From positions 141,737 through 205,736 of the forward strand of contig NW_004797517.1 in NCBI RefSeq assembly GCF_000002075.1: 64,000 nucleotides of DNA, in the 5' to 3' direction. This document shows, in pieces, positions 63,258 to 64,000 of the stretch. Origin of the DNA: Aplysia californica. Taxonomy: Eukaryota. A program made the position numbers and the translations under genes. The notes beneath the pieces are model-generated. The model searched no databases, was not told the origin of the DNA, and saw only the letters and a program-made list of their open reading frames with translations. Each line of letters opens with the position of its first letter. The first letter of the stretch is position 1.

Positions 63258-64000
63258 TTGGTGATTTTTTTTAAACGTAAATTTCATAGTCCTGTTTCTA
63301 GATCTATACAGCATGAACAGTGGAACGATATTATGATCTCAGTCTCAGATTTAAAACAGTTTTCAATGATGACTGAAGGAGAAGATCTATCTTGAAAGAA
63401 ACAAAAGCTTCATGCATCTGTGGCACAACATATAACACTCGGAATGTTTTATGCTACTATTGACATATATGGTAACCCATTTTCAGAGATAAAATAAAAC
63501 AACAGCACCTGACGTTCACTCACCCCCATCTCCCAAATCTCTCTCTCTCTCTCTCTCTTTTCTCTCTCCTTCACTCACTCGCTCACTCACTCAATTTCTT
63601 TCTTTCTCTGTATCCAAAAAAGATTAGATCTATAAATTTATTTTTTTTCCGACACCGTGACTGGGCAATCATCACCACACGCTTCAGCTATCTTGTTAAG
63701 ACAAGTGACTACCCACAATTACACTACACTGCAGTCTCATTTTGTTAGTCTTGCCAAGAGCCTGTCATCATGTCACCTAGTTGAATTTTAATTTACAATA
63801 CATTGTTTATATATTTAATACATTCGTCGATTGGCCCCGTCAATTTGAATAGGCATGAGGTTCGGATGTGTGAGGTGATGTCCCTGTGCTGAGGGTGCCA
63901 TGCGTAGCTTTGCAGTACATGTATATATATATAATTTATGTATATCGTGAGTCACTTGAGTCAGTGTCAGAAACAAAGGTGTCAGTGTCAGCAAATCACC

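Overview
AT-rich, repeat-dense, gapped (N-runs) draft DNA from an invertebrate animal; it is not prokaryotic. It holds two head-to-head ciliary/flagellar genes whose ATGs are about 580 bp apart. On the minus strand is the 5' part of SPEF2 (6 coding exons, 18241 down to <1). On the plus strand is a complete CIMAP2/LEXM (C1orf177)-like gene (18820-52741; 10 core exons, 407 aa, PGPGxY SHIPPO-type repeats). I assembled both genes by hand from GT-AG sites with consistent phases. Intron 2 of CIMAP2 contains a 1377-nt, phase 0/0, stop-free candidate cassette exon encoding a 459-aa S/E/K-rich insert. The shared promoter has RFX X-box and forkhead motifs. Introns and flanks are full of decayed transposons: Tc1, mariner, P-element, hAT, HERO-like and RTE LINE pieces, tRNA-SINEs, a 9-bp-TSD foldback element, and many TA- or TTAA-flanked MITEs. 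Palindromic TA-xxxx-TA 8-mers (TAGGCCTA, TACATGTA, TAGATCTA) are over-represented. They appear as 6-bp insertions at TA sites in aligned repeat copies and as mixed arrays, which suggests stacked transposon excision footprints. Family assignments come from recalled motifs, not from database searches.
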